A stretch of 32,000 bases of DNA, taken from contig RQZE01000001.1 in the NCBI GenBank assembly GCA_003858585.1, positions 143,238-175,237 on the forward strand, written 5' to 3'. The notes beneath the pieces are model-generated. The model was not told the DNA's origin and did not search any database. It saw only the letters and a program-made list of their open reading frames with translations. The position numbers were made by a program, and so were the translations under genes. The stretch is from Erysipelotrichaceae bacterium OH741_COT-311 (lineage in GTDB: Bacteria > Bacillota_I > Bacilli_A > Erysipelotrichales > Erysipelotrichaceae). Below, piece by piece: positions 15,479-25,149 of the stretch. Numbering within the stretch: the stretch's first letter is position 1; each line of letters starts with the position of its first letter.

Positions 15479-16668
15479 TAGACAATAACTCCCGACTTAT
15501 ACATATGAATAACGGATAAAGAAAGTCCTATACACATCATAATTGACATCGTCGAAGAACCTCCTTGTGAAATCATCAATAAAGGAACTCCGGTTAATGG
15601 GATTAATGCCGTACCTCCACCAACATTGAAAACAAAATGAATAAAAATATACATCGCTGTTCCTATCAAAATGACCTTTCCTTTTTGATTCTTCATTTTT
15701 AATGCCCAGTAAAATAAACGATAAATAATCAGGATGTAGCATGTAAATATAATTATAAAACCTACAATACCTAATTCTTCTACAATAATTGCTAAGATAA
15801 AATCCGTATTTGCAGCAGGAAAATTCGTATATTTACGTATTGAAGTACCAAAACCTAAACCAAACAAACCACCAGAAGCAAAACTAATCAAACCATTTAC
15901 CAATTGATAACCTGTACCCAATTTATCAGAAAAAGGATCCGCAGCTACAATAAAACGATTGACTTTATAATCAGCAATACCCAAGGAACTAATAATTTTA
16001 ACTCCAATTGGAGATAATAGTAGCGCTACTCCAAAGACACCTAAAACAATAAACAACATGTTCCATCGTTGATAACGATATAATAAACGATGTGTTGGGA
16101 TTAAATAAATCATCATGCCAATAAATAGTAATACTGAAGCACTGCCTAAGTCAGACTGTAACACTAAAATTAAAAAAAAGTATAAAGCAAACCAAACAAT
16201 AGTCTTTTTAGAAAAATCCCATTCTGAAACATTCATATCTCGCTTATCAGACAAAAAATGTGCAACCATTAAAATTACCGTAATCTTTGCAAATTCGCTC
16301 GGTTGAATCGATACCTTTAATCCAGGAAGTGGCAATGTAATCCAAGCCTTTGCTCCCCCAACTTCCTTAGAAAAACCAGCAACAAGCAATAATACAGCTG
16401 TTACATACATAATTTTTGTCATGTTTTTTGCTAATATGTTAAAATTAAAGTAACGAATACAAAAAACTATCATAAACAATCCGGATACGACAAAAATAAA
16501 TTGCTTAAATAAAATTGAAATTAAAAAACTATTATCACCTGTTTTTAAACCCATAGATGCCGAGGCAATCATTAAAAGACCAAAAAAAGATAATACGATC
16601 GTTGAAAGAAAGATTCGTAAATCAATTTTAAATAACATCTTGAGAATTTCTTGCATTCTTATTTTCAT
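15478..16668 (-). CDS. SEDS-family peptidoglycan glycosyltransferase (FtsW/RodA/SpoVE)
   Basis: 396 aa with about 10 TM helices. Family motifs include SIQPSEFAKI, NFPAANTDFILAIIVEELG and GVPLLMISQGGSS. Confidence 0.9.
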   Translation of the reverse strand: MKIRMQEILKMLFKIDLRIFLSTIVLSFFGLLMIASASMGLKTGDNSFLISILFKQFIFVVSGLFMIVFCIRYFNFNILAKNMTKIMYVTAVLLLVAGFSKEVGGAKAWITLPLPGLKVSIQPSEFAKITVILMVAHFLSDKRDMNVSEWDFSKKTIVWFALYFFLILVLQSDLGSASVLLFIGMMIYLIPTHRLLYRYQRWNMLFIVLGVFGVALLLSPIGVKIISSLGIADYKVNRFIVAADPFSDKLGTGYQLVNGLISFASGGLFGLGFGTSIRKYTNFPAANTDFILAIIVEELGIVGFIIIFTCYILIIYRLFYWALKMKNQKGKVILIGTAMYIFIHFVFNVGGGTALIPLTGVPLLMISQGGSSTMSIMMCIGLSLSVIHMYKSGVIV

Positions 16669-16708
16669 AAATAACCTCGTGCTATTTCATTTTATCATAT
16701 TATATACC

Positions 16709-16736
16709 TTGATTATAATCAAATTATCATTATAAT
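16709..16736 (+). promoter_or_regulatory. Candidate sigma-A promoter for def-rnj
   Basis: TTGATT (16709-16714), a 16-nt spacer, then TATAAT (16731-16736). The SD AAAGGAAG is at 16751-16758 and the ATG at 16767. Confidence 0.5.
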
Positions 16737-16766
16737 TAATATGTAAATGTAAAGGAAGATTTTATT

Positions 16767-17342
16767 ATGATAATAAATATAGATACAATCATTAAAGATT
16801 GTGATTTAAACATTGACATTCGTCAAAAAAGTACAGCTGTTTCTATGCCTTTATCACAAGAAGATGAAGACATTATACAAAGTATGTATACCTATGTAAA
16901 AAATAGCACCGATGAAGAACTTGCATTAAAAGAAAAATTAAAACCGGCAGTTGGAATTGCAGCCATACAAATTGGTATTCCTAAGAAAATGTTGGTTGTC
17001 ATTTGTGATGATTATGATCATAACGGTCAATTAATGCATTATGAATATGCATTAATCAATCCTAGAATTGTATCTTCATCTATACAACAGATTGCCCTTA
17101 AAAGTGGAGAAGGATGTCTTTCAGTAGAAGATCCTCACCCAGGTTATGTATATCGTAGTGCACGCATTAAAATTGATGCATGGGATTACTTAACAAAAAA
17201 ACAAGTTCAAATCAAAGCTAGAAATTTCTTAGCTATTGTCTTACAACATGAAATGGATCACTTAAATGGCATTTTATTTTATGACCATATTAATAAAGAA
17301 GATCCATTTGAAATAAAAAAAGATGCGATTTTATTAGATTAA
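16767..17342 (+). CDS. def: Peptide deformylase
   Basis: The three deformylase motifs are present: GIAAIQIG, EGCLSV and HEMDHLNG. Confidence 0.95.
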   Translation: MIINIDTIIKDCDLNIDIRQKSTAVSMPLSQEDEDIIQSMYTYVKNSTDEELALKEKLKPAVGIAAIQIGIPKKMLVVICDDYDHNGQLMHYEYALINPRIVSSSIQQIALKSGEGCLSVEDPHPGYVYRSARIKIDAWDYLTKKQVQIKARNFLAIVLQHEMDHLNGILFYDHINKEDPFEIKKDAILLD

Positions 17343-17356
17343 ATAAAGGAGAATAT

Positions 17357-19150
17357 ATGAATCAAAAAAACGGTGTTAAAGCACCAAGAAAATATGCCTC
17401 TCGTCGCAAGGTTGTAGAAACCGTATATACAGATAATCAGATTGATTTTAAAAAAGATACGTTAGTCTATGCCCTTGGAGGCTTAGGTGAAGTTGGAAAA
17501 AATATGTATTGTTTTCAACATGATGATGAGATCATTGTCATAGATGCAGGAGTGAAATTTCCTGATGATGAATTATTAGGGGTTGATTATGTCATATGTG
17601 ATTATACCCATCTAGTACAAAATAAAGAAAAGGTAAAAGCCCTGATCATTACACATGGACATGAAGATCATATTGGAGGTATTCCTTTCCTATTGCAGGT
17701 TTTGCCAATTGAAAAGATCCATGCCCCTCGCTTTGCATGTGCACTTATTGAAAAGAAATTAGAAGAACGTCGCATGTCAAAAACTACAAAACTAGTGGAG
17801 ATTGATGCTTCTACGTCCATTAAGACAAAACATTTTAGTATTGGTTTTTTCAATACAGTACACTCGATTCCAGATTCATTAGGTGTTTTAATTAATACAC
17901 CTAACGGTAGAATTGTAGAAACCGGAGACTTTAAATTTGATTTAACTCCGGTTGGTACAAACTCAGATTATCAAAAAATGGCTTATATAGGTCAAATTGG
18001 TGTAACTCTTTTGTTGTCTGATTCAACAAATGCTGAAGTAGAAGGGTTTTCGATTAGTGAAAAGAAAGTAGCTCAATCTATCTTAGATATCACCAGAAAA
18101 ACACCAGGTAGATTAATTGTTTCGACTTTTGCTTCCAACGTGCATCGATTATCACAAATCATTCAAGCCGCTGTAGATTGTGGACGTAAAATCGCAGTCT
18201 TTGGTCGTTCAATGGAAAATGTTGTTGCGATTGGTTTGAATTTAAAAACAATTACTGTAAAAAAATCGAACTTTGTATCACCAGAAGAGTTAAATACTCT
18301 ACCGGCAGAAAAAATATGTATTGTATGTACCGGTTCTCAAGGAGAAAGCTTGGCTGCCTTAAGTCGTATTGCCAATGGTACACATAAACATATTAAAATA
18401 ATTCCTGGAGATACTGTTGTCTTTTCTTCTTCACCAATCCCTGGTAATGCAACAAATGTATCCGTGATCGTAAATCAGCTAACACGTGTTGGAGCAAATG
18501 TCATTGTTAACTCACCTTTGGCTTCATTACATACCACTGGACATGCTTCTAAAGAAGAACAAAAATTAATGTTACAATTAATTAAACCGAAATATTTTAT
18601 GCCAGTTCATGGTGAATATAAAATGTTAAAACTCCATGCTGAAAGTGCTGTAGAAACAGGAGTAAAACCTGAAAATAACTTTATATGTTCTAACGGAGAT
18701 GTTATTGTTTTAAGAGATGGGGAGTGTTTCCAAGCAAATATGCGTATTCAGACAGATGATATTTATGTAGATGGAAACGATACTTCAGGATTATCTACAT
18801 CCGTAATACGTGACCGTAAAATCCTTGGTGAAAATGGTCTGGTATCTGTTATTGTTTCTATTGATTCTCGATACAATAAAATACTGTGTCGCCCAAATAT
18901 TGTATCTCGCGGCTTTGTCTTTATCAAAGAAAGTCAAACTTTATTAAAAGAAGCTGAATTGGTAGTCTATGAGGCTTTGAAAAAGAAAATGCAACAACGT
19001 ACAACGTTTGGTGAATTAAAAAATACTATTCGTTCATCCTTAGAACCATTTCTATTTAAGAAGACAAATCGTAATCCTATTGTGATTCCTGTTATTTTAA
19101 ATCATAAAGATGCATTATTACTAGCTAACAAGAACCAAAAAGGAAAATAA
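17357..19150 (+). CDS. rnj: Ribonuclease J (metallo-beta-lactamase / beta-CASP)
   Basis: LGGLGEVGKNMY and HGHEDHIGG, with beta-CASP and C-terminal domains. 597 aa with an AAGGAG SD. Confidence 0.95.
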   Translation: MNQKNGVKAPRKYASRRKVVETVYTDNQIDFKKDTLVYALGGLGEVGKNMYCFQHDDEIIVIDAGVKFPDDELLGVDYVICDYTHLVQNKEKVKALIITHGHEDHIGGIPFLLQVLPIEKIHAPRFACALIEKKLEERRMSKTTKLVEIDASTSIKTKHFSIGFFNTVHSIPDSLGVLINTPNGRIVETGDFKFDLTPVGTNSDYQKMAYIGQIGVTLLLSDSTNAEVEGFSISEKKVAQSILDITRKTPGRLIVSTFASNVHRLSQIIQAAVDCGRKIAVFGRSMENVVAIGLNLKTITVKKSNFVSPEELNTLPAEKICIVCTGSQGESLAALSRIANGTHKHIKIIPGDTVVFSSSPIPGNATNVSVIVNQLTRVGANVIVNSPLASLHTTGHASKEEQKLMLQLIKPKYFMPVHGEYKMLKLHAESAVETGVKPENNFICSNGDVIVLRDGECFQANMRIQTDDIYVDGNDTSGLSTSVIRDRKILGENGLVSVIVSIDSRYNKILCRPNIVSRGFVFIKESQTLLKEAELVVYEALKKKMQQRTTFGELKNTIRSSLEPFLFKKTNRNPIVIPVILNHKDALLLANKNQKGK

Positions 19151-19156
19151 TGAATT

Positions 19157-19189
19157 AAAAAACTCTATTCAATCAGGAATAGAGTTTTT
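19157..19189. terminator. Bidirectional rho-independent terminator between rnj and pyk
   Basis: AAAAACTCTATTC-AATCAG-GAATAGAGTTTTT: a 13-bp stem counting the A/T arms, flanked on both sides by A/T runs. Confidence 0.8.
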
Positions 19190-19191
19190 CT

Positions 19192-20607
19192 TTATTTTAC
19201 TTCAATGATTTTCATCATATTTGCACTACCTTCTCCAGTTGGATAACCCGCAGATATGATAATTAATTGTCCTGGTTTTAAACCATGTTCTTTAGCGATT
19301 TTGCTTGCTAATTCATCATCATTTGTCATTTCATTTTGTACATCCGAATAAATCGCTTTTACACCCCAATAAGAATTTAATTTTCTTTGGGTTGAATGAT
19401 TAAATGTAACAGCTAAGATTGGAACACATGGTCTAAACTTAGAAATACGTCTTGCTGTAGTACCACCTTGTGTAAAGACAACAATCGCACCAATATCCAA
19501 TGTTAAACAAGCGTCTGAAATAGAAATACCAATCGCATCTTGTACTGATTTATCATTTGAATGTTTTAATTGATCTAAACGCTCACGATATGGAATCATT
19601 TTCTCTGCAGCAGAGGCTATCGTAGCCATCGTACGCACTGCTTCTACAGGATATTCTCCGGCAGCTGACTCTGCCGATAACATAACTGCATCTGAACCAT
19701 CTAGTACCGCATTACATACATCACTTGCCTCTGCTCTTGTTGGACGAGGATTCTGTGTCATTGAATCTAACATGTGTGTGGCTGTGATAACCGGTTTACC
19801 AAATACGTTTGCTGTTTTAATAATTTGTTTTTGATAAATAGGTACAAATTGTGTTTCAACTTCTACACCTAAATCACCACGGGCAACCATAACACCATCT
19901 GCTACTTCTAAAATAGATTCTAGATTATCAAAGCCTTCTTGGTTTTCAATTTTAGCAATAATATTAATTGCCGGTTTACCTTCTTCAATTAAAATCTTAC
20001 GAATTGCCAATACATCTTCTGCTCTACGCACAAATGATGCAGCAATAAAATCTACGTCATTGCGACATCCAAAACGAATATCTGCATCATCTTTCGGAGA
20101 AATAAATGGCATACTTAATTTTACACCAGGAACATTGCATCCTTTTCTTGATGAAATTGGCCCTGTTACTTCAACACGACAAGTTAATACTTCACCGTCG
20201 TTTTCCAATACAGTTAAGCGTTGTTTCCCATCATTAATTAAAATATAGTTTCCAACTTTTACATCATCAAAAAGTTCAGGGCATTGAATATGGAACATTT
20301 CCTTTGTTCCTTCAATTTCCTTTTTACATACCTTAACGATATCCCCTTTTATATAATCTTCTTTATCGTTCTTGAATATCCCTAAACGAATTTCAGGTCC
20401 TTTTGTATCTAACATGATACCTAAATTAATACCTGTTTTTTCAACGACTTCACGAACCATATGAATACGATTTAAATGTTCTTCAAAAGAACCGTGAGAA
20501 AAATTTAAACGAACAATGTTCATTCCCTCATTAGCCAGCTTTGTAATCATTTCTACTGATTCACTTGCCGGACCAATTGTACATACAATCTTTGTTTGCT
20601 TACTCAT
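19192..20607 (-). CDS. pyk: Pyruvate kinase
   Basis: Starts MSKQTKIVCTIGPAS, followed by MNIVRLNFSHG and MVARGDLGVE. It is 471 aa, so it has no PEP-utiliser C-terminal extension. Confidence 0.95.
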   Translation of the reverse strand: MSKQTKIVCTIGPASESVEMITKLANEGMNIVRLNFSHGSFEEHLNRIHMVREVVEKTGINLGIMLDTKGPEIRLGIFKNDKEDYIKGDIVKVCKKEIEGTKEMFHIQCPELFDDVKVGNYILINDGKQRLTVLENDGEVLTCRVEVTGPISSRKGCNVPGVKLSMPFISPKDDADIRFGCRNDVDFIAASFVRRAEDVLAIRKILIEEGKPAINIIAKIENQEGFDNLESILEVADGVMVARGDLGVEVETQFVPIYQKQIIKTANVFGKPVITATHMLDSMTQNPRPTRAEASDVCNAVLDGSDAVMLSAESAAGEYPVEAVRTMATIASAAEKMIPYRERLDQLKHSNDKSVQDAIGISISDACLTLDIGAIVVFTQGGTTARRISKFRPCVPILAVTFNHSTQRKLNSYWGVKAIYSDVQNEMTNDDELASKIAKEHGLKPGQLIIISAGYPTGEGSANMMKIIEVK

Positions 20608-20621
20608 TCTTAACCCTCTTT

Positions 20622-21584
20622 CTAAACTAATCGATCAAATAATCGATATAATTGCTTTCTTGATGTTTTTAATGTGGACAAGGCTTCTTCAATTGGCATC
20701 GAAATAATCTTATTTTCTAAAATCCCAACACAATGTCCACCAACACCGGCCATTAATAAATCCACTGCTTTTTCTCCCATACGTGATGCTAATACGCGAT
20801 CAAATGGAGTAGGACTTCCACCTCTTTGTATATGCCCTAAAACAGTAGCACGACCTGAAAAACCTGTATGATTTGAAATTTTATTTGCAAGATCTTCTAC
20901 ATGTGTCATCTTTTCTGAAATAATGACAATCGCATGATTTTTATTAACATTACGATCTAAATACATTAACTTTTCTAGAATTTCTACTTCATCATAACCT
21001 GTTTCAGGTGTAACAACGATTTCAGCACCACAAGAAATACCAGCCCATAAAGCCAAATCACCACAGTGATTTCCCATCACTTCTACAACTGAACAGCGAT
21101 GGTGTGAACTTGATGTGTCACGAAGTTTATCTACTGCTTCCACCACTGTATTTAAAGCTGTATCAAAACCTATTGTATAATCTGTTCCTGGAATATCATT
21201 GTCAATTGTTCCCGGTAAACCAATACAGTTGATTCCTAATTTTGTAAGAGCTAACGCTCCACGATAAGAACCATCTCCACCAATAACCACAATTGCATCA
21301 ATACCAGATTTTTTAAGATTTTCAACACATTTTTCTTGTACTTTTACATCTTTAAATTCTTTTAAACGAGCAGACCCTAATTTTGTTCCACCACGATCTA
21401 AAATATCCGATACATCTGTCTTTTTCATACTCATGAAGTTTCCTTCATAAAGTCCGCGATATCCATCCTTAATACCTACAACTTCAATGCCATTTGACAA
21501 AGCCGTTCTAGTCACTGCACGAATTGCAGCATTCATTCCGGGTGAATCGCCGCCAGAAGTCAATATACCTATCCTTCTAATCAT
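20622..21584 (-). CDS. pfkA: ATP-dependent 6-phosphofructokinase
   Basis: RIGILTSGGDSPGMNAAIR, GGDGSY and PGTIDND. I place the start at MIRRIG (ATG 21584), preceded by AAGAGG. The longer track ORF adds 16 unsupported residues. Confidence 0.95.
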   Translation of the reverse strand: MIRRIGILTSGGDSPGMNAAIRAVTRTALSNGIEVVGIKDGYRGLYEGNFMSMKKTDVSDILDRGGTKLGSARLKEFKDVKVQEKCVENLKKSGIDAIVVIGGDGSYRGALALTKLGINCIGLPGTIDNDIPGTDYTIGFDTALNTVVEAVDKLRDTSSSHHRCSVVEVMGNHCGDLALWAGISCGAEIVVTPETGYDEVEILEKLMYLDRNVNKNHAIVIISEKMTHVEDLANKISNHTGFSGRATVLGHIQRGGSPTPFDRVLASRMGEKAVDLLMAGVGGHCVGILENKIISMPIEEALSTLKTSRKQLYRLFDRLV

Positions 21585-21610
21585 TACTAAACCTCTTTTC
21601 AATCTATAAA

Positions 21611-21638
21611 ATGATAACATTTTATTACACATTTGAAA
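21611..21638 (-). promoter_or_regulatory. Candidate promoter for pfkA-pyk
   Basis: The minus strand has TTTCAA (21638-21633), a 16-nt spacer, then TGT-TATCAT (-10 at 21616-21611). No terminator hairpin is seen between dnaI and this site. Confidence 0.35.
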
Positions 21639-21668
21639 AGTATAATATTACCAGAACCTAAGAAATCC

Positions 21669-22580
21669 TCATCTACGATTCAAACCAATTAATTCTACTT
21701 CCTTGGCTAAAAAACGCACACGTTCTAAAAAACGAGTCGCTTTCAATGTTTCTTCATGTCCATGTGCATTCAATACATAGTGATCATGTAACATCTCAAA
21801 ATTCAAATTACTTGTAAACATGGTAATGCCACCATTATGCATGCGATACTCTAAGATGGGCAATAATAGTTCATCACGAATCCAAGGAGTTGCATTTTCA
21901 GCACCAATATCATCAAAGAATAAATATGGAACTTCCATTAATTCTGTAATACGTCGTTGAAATTCTTCATTATCATAAAATAAATTTTTCATTTCAAGAA
22001 CAAACGTTGGAACATGAATAAAGGCAACTTTATTCCCTTCTTTTGCTAGTGTATTACTTAGACAAGCCAATAGATAAGTTTTACCAACTCCTACATTGCC
22101 CCATAAATAAAAACCTTTTGATGTTGGCTGTTTATACCAAGAAACAATATCTTTAAATACTTGTAAATAAGCAACCTTTTCTTTTTTTATATCGATATCT
22201 TGAAAAAGAACACTCTGCAAGTGTAAAGGCAAGTGATTACGTTTATAATTCTTTACATGTGCTAGCTTCTCATTTGCTTCAAGTTGATATGGACAAGGTC
22301 TATAGACATATTCAAGATTTCCATCATAAATTAAATCTAAATGCACTCCATTGGTTTCTTGGTTACAGTTTTCTAAACCAGCACAATACGCACATTGATT
22401 TTTAGAATCGATCCAAGTCTTAAAACGGTATGGAAACTCCTCCACATAGCTTGAATTTAATTTGTATTTCTTTAAAAAATCTATAACGCGCTGATTCTTT
22501 TTTAATTGCGCTATTACTGCTTGTTTTTCTTGTTGCAATTCCTCATCTAATTCAACAAGTTTAAATACTAAAGGTTCCAT
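21669..22580 (-). CDS. dnaI: Primosomal protein DnaI (helicase loader, AAA+)
   Basis: An N-terminal Cys-rich zinc module (CAYCAGLENC .. YRPCPY), Walker A LWGNVGVGKTYLL and Walker B LFFDDIG. Its start overlaps the dnaB stop (TAATG). Confidence 0.85.
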   Translation of the reverse strand: MEPLVFKLVELDEELQQEKQAVIAQLKKNQRVIDFLKKYKLNSSYVEEFPYRFKTWIDSKNQCAYCAGLENCNQETNGVHLDLIYDGNLEYVYRPCPYQLEANEKLAHVKNYKRNHLPLHLQSVLFQDIDIKKEKVAYLQVFKDIVSWYKQPTSKGFYLWGNVGVGKTYLLACLSNTLAKEGNKVAFIHVPTFVLEMKNLFYDNEEFQRRITELMEVPYLFFDDIGAENATPWIRDELLLPILEYRMHNGGITMFTSNLNFEMLHDHYVLNAHGHEETLKATRFLERVRFLAKEVELIGLNRR

Positions 22581-23764
22581 TATTTTACCTCCTTATCAAG
22601 CCATTGTATTATATCTTGAAGATGTTCTTCATTTTCCACTTCTTCCGGCTTAGTGTAATTAGGTGCTTTCATTTTCTTTTTCATTTTCTTACTTGTAGTA
22701 ATTTGTTGTTCTTGGTAATTCTTTACTTCATCAAGGGCTTGTTGATAATCTTCAATTCCCTTACGACCCCAAGTAATAGCAATTTGTTCTACATATTTTC
22801 GTATCAAACGCTGATCATTCGTATTTAAGATATACTCAACCAAAACATTCACCACCTCTGGTTTTAATTTCATTTTTAACACCAAATCTTCTAGTAATTG
22901 TTTATCTTGAGAAGTTACTTCAATACCATTTTGTTTCGATTGTAAAAAGGAAACACATGGTAATTTATAAATATTACTTTCTTTTACCACTTCTTTTGGA
23001 ATATAAGCTTGTGCTAATTTTTTAAAACGGTCCACATCAAAACGACCGGTTTCTATAGAACTACATTTTCCAACTAAAATGCGCATTTGATCTGGACTTA
23101 TCCCATAAATTGTGGCAATTTCTCCAATCAATCTTAAATTTTCTCCACTACGCTCTGCAATGGGAAAATTCAAACTCGATAAATTAAATAAAAACTTATG
23201 ATAATCAAAATTAATATGTACTTGAATATCTTCATTGAACTTATAGTTTGGTTTAATTGCTTTAAATTCTTGCTCATTTTCTTCATTCCATCGTATAGAA
23301 TCAACATTAAATTTTTTTGTAATGTTTTTATATTCAGCAACATCTAAAGTTGGTTTAATTAAACGATTTAATGTTATTTCATATTGTTTACTATCTAAAT
23401 ATTTCATTAACAAACGTGAAAATACATCATTTTTAAAAAATACATCACATGACTTAGGGGCATGAATAATAAGTATATAGGAATCTTTAAGATCACTTGT
23501 CTTACGAAATGTAGTTAAAAGTTGGTATTCTTCTAAGCGCATTCGAGCTTGATCAATCTCTTCAACACTCATCTGTAAAATATTAATCAAACGATTGAAA
23601 CTTTCAAATCCCCTAGCATGACGTACATCTTGAATCAATGTTAAATATAAAATAACAGCCTTGTGACCTATAATCGGTTGATAAAGCATCATTAAAGAAG
23701 TTAACTGGTTTTGATTCATTAACTCATTAATGGATACTTTATATAAATCTTTTCCTTTTAACAT
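22580..23764 (-). CDS. dnaB: Replication initiation and membrane attachment protein (Firmicute DnaB / DnaD-like)
   Basis: The N-terminal LTSLMMLYQPIIGHKAVILYLTL is typical of the family, and the gene sits immediately upstream of dnaI. Confidence 0.8.
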   Translation of the reverse strand: MLKGKDLYKVSINELMNQNQLTSLMMLYQPIIGHKAVILYLTLIQDVRHARGFESFNRLINILQMSVEEIDQARMRLEEYQLLTTFRKTSDLKDSYILIIHAPKSCDVFFKNDVFSRLLMKYLDSKQYEITLNRLIKPTLDVAEYKNITKKFNVDSIRWNEENEQEFKAIKPNYKFNEDIQVHINFDYHKFLFNLSSLNFPIAERSGENLRLIGEIATIYGISPDQMRILVGKCSSIETGRFDVDRFKKLAQAYIPKEVVKESNIYKLPCVSFLQSKQNGIEVTSQDKQLLEDLVLKMKLKPEVVNVLVEYILNTNDQRLIRKYVEQIAITWGRKGIEDYQQALDEVKNYQEQQITTSKKMKKKMKAPNYTKPEEVENEEHLQDIIQWLDKEVK

Positions 23765-24337
23765 TTAAATACCCCATTTTTTTATCACATTCATTACTTC
23801 TTTTTTCAGTGTATCAATATCTTCTTCATTTTTAACTACATATGTCGCTTTCGCTTTTTTTTCTTGTCTTGTCATTTGATGTTTCAAGCGTGCCTGTATT
23901 TCTTCTTTTGTCATATTTCTAGCTTCTAGTCGCTCTAATAAACACTCTTCACTAGTATCTACATATAATATTTCATCAAAATATTGATCAAAATGAGCCT
24001 CAAACAACAACGGTACTTCAGCAATAAATACTCTTTTGTGTTTCATTTCTTTAAGTAACGCTTCTTTAACAAGAGGATGAATGATTCCTTCTAATGCTTC
24101 TTTGCATTCTTTGTTTTGAAAAATCAATTTAGCAAGAAAAGCCTTATCAATTTCATAATGTTCATCTAATACATCTTCACCAAACGTATTTAATACTTCA
24201 TGATAACCCTTACTATCCTTCTTTAAAAAGGATTTAGCAACCTCATCAGCATCAAACACAGGATAACCCAGTTCTCTAAATATATTAGCAACCGTACTTT
24301 TCCCACTTCCCATTAAACCTGTAATCGCAATTTTCAT
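23765..24337 (-). CDS. coaE: Dephospho-CoA kinase
   Basis: MKIAITGLMGSGKSTV P-loop. I place the start at the ATG at 24337, which forms an ATGA overlap with the mutM stop. The track start at 24349 is a GTG. Confidence 0.9.
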   Translation of the reverse strand: MKIAITGLMGSGKSTVANIFRELGYPVFDADEVAKSFLKKDSKGYHEVLNTFGEDVLDEHYEIDKAFLAKLIFQNKECKEALEGIIHPLVKEALLKEMKHKRVFIAEVPLLFEAHFDQYFDEILYVDTSEECLLERLEARNMTKEEIQARLKHQMTRQEKKAKATYVVKNEEDIDTLKKEVMNVIKKWGI

Positions 24338-25149
24338 AAACTTTGACACCTAGGACAATAATATGTCCCCCTTTGAGCAACCACTTCTTTTACAATCTTT
24401 TCTTTACATAGGTAACAAGGTTCATTTTTACGCATATGTACCTTTAATTTTAATTGAAAACGACCTGTAATACCAAGGGAAGACGTATAAGAACGAATCG
24501 TTGTTCCTCCTGCCCTAATAGCTCCTTTTAAAACATGTTTTGTATAATAAACAAGATCTATAATCTCTTGAGGTGTTAACTCTTTTGCAATCTTTTTCGG
24601 ATGTACCTTCATTCTAAACAATATTTCATCCGCATAAATATTTCCAATACCGGCAATGAAAGATTGATCTAATAACAGTTGTTTCATACATTGTTTTGTA
24701 TTTTTAATATAGTTTGATACATAAGTTTCATTTAATTTATGACTTAAAGGTTCTACCCCTAAATTCTTTAATTGTACATAGTCCTTACTCTTTGGAATTA
24801 CTTCCATTTTACCAAATTTTCTAGTATCATGATACCTCAATGTTTTACCATTATCTAAAGTAAAAATAACATGCTCATGCTTTTCTTTTTTATCAGTACA
24901 ATCTTTAATAAAATACTTACCTTCCATACGCAAATGAGACAATAGACTACAATCATCCAATTCAAAGATAATATACTTACCTCGACGTTTAAATCTTCTA
25001 AACGATTGACCTATTAACGAAGATTTAAAAACTTGAATATCACCAACAATAATATTATTCCAATAAATGTCTACCTGAACAATTTTACAATCTTTAACAG
25101 CTTGCTTCAATGTTCGTACAACGGTTTCTACTTCCGGTAATTCTGGCAT
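24334..25149 (-). CDS. mutM: Formamidopyrimidine-DNA glycosylase
   Basis: N-terminus MPELPEVETV and a C-terminal zinc finger (CYLCKEKI...YYCPRCQ). Its start overlaps the polA stop (TAATG). Confidence 0.95.
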   Translation of the reverse strand: MPELPEVETVVRTLKQAVKDCKIVQVDIYWNNIIVGDIQVFKSSLIGQSFRRFKRRGKYIIFELDDCSLLSHLRMEGKYFIKDCTDKKEKHEHVIFTLDNGKTLRYHDTRKFGKMEVIPKSKDYVQLKNLGVEPLSHKLNETYVSNYIKNTKQCMKQLLLDQSFIAGIGNIYADEILFRMKVHPKKIAKELTPQEIIDLVYYTKHVLKGAIRAGGTTIRSYTSSLGITGRFQLKLKVHMRKNEPCYLCKEKIVKEVVAQRGTYYCPRCQSL

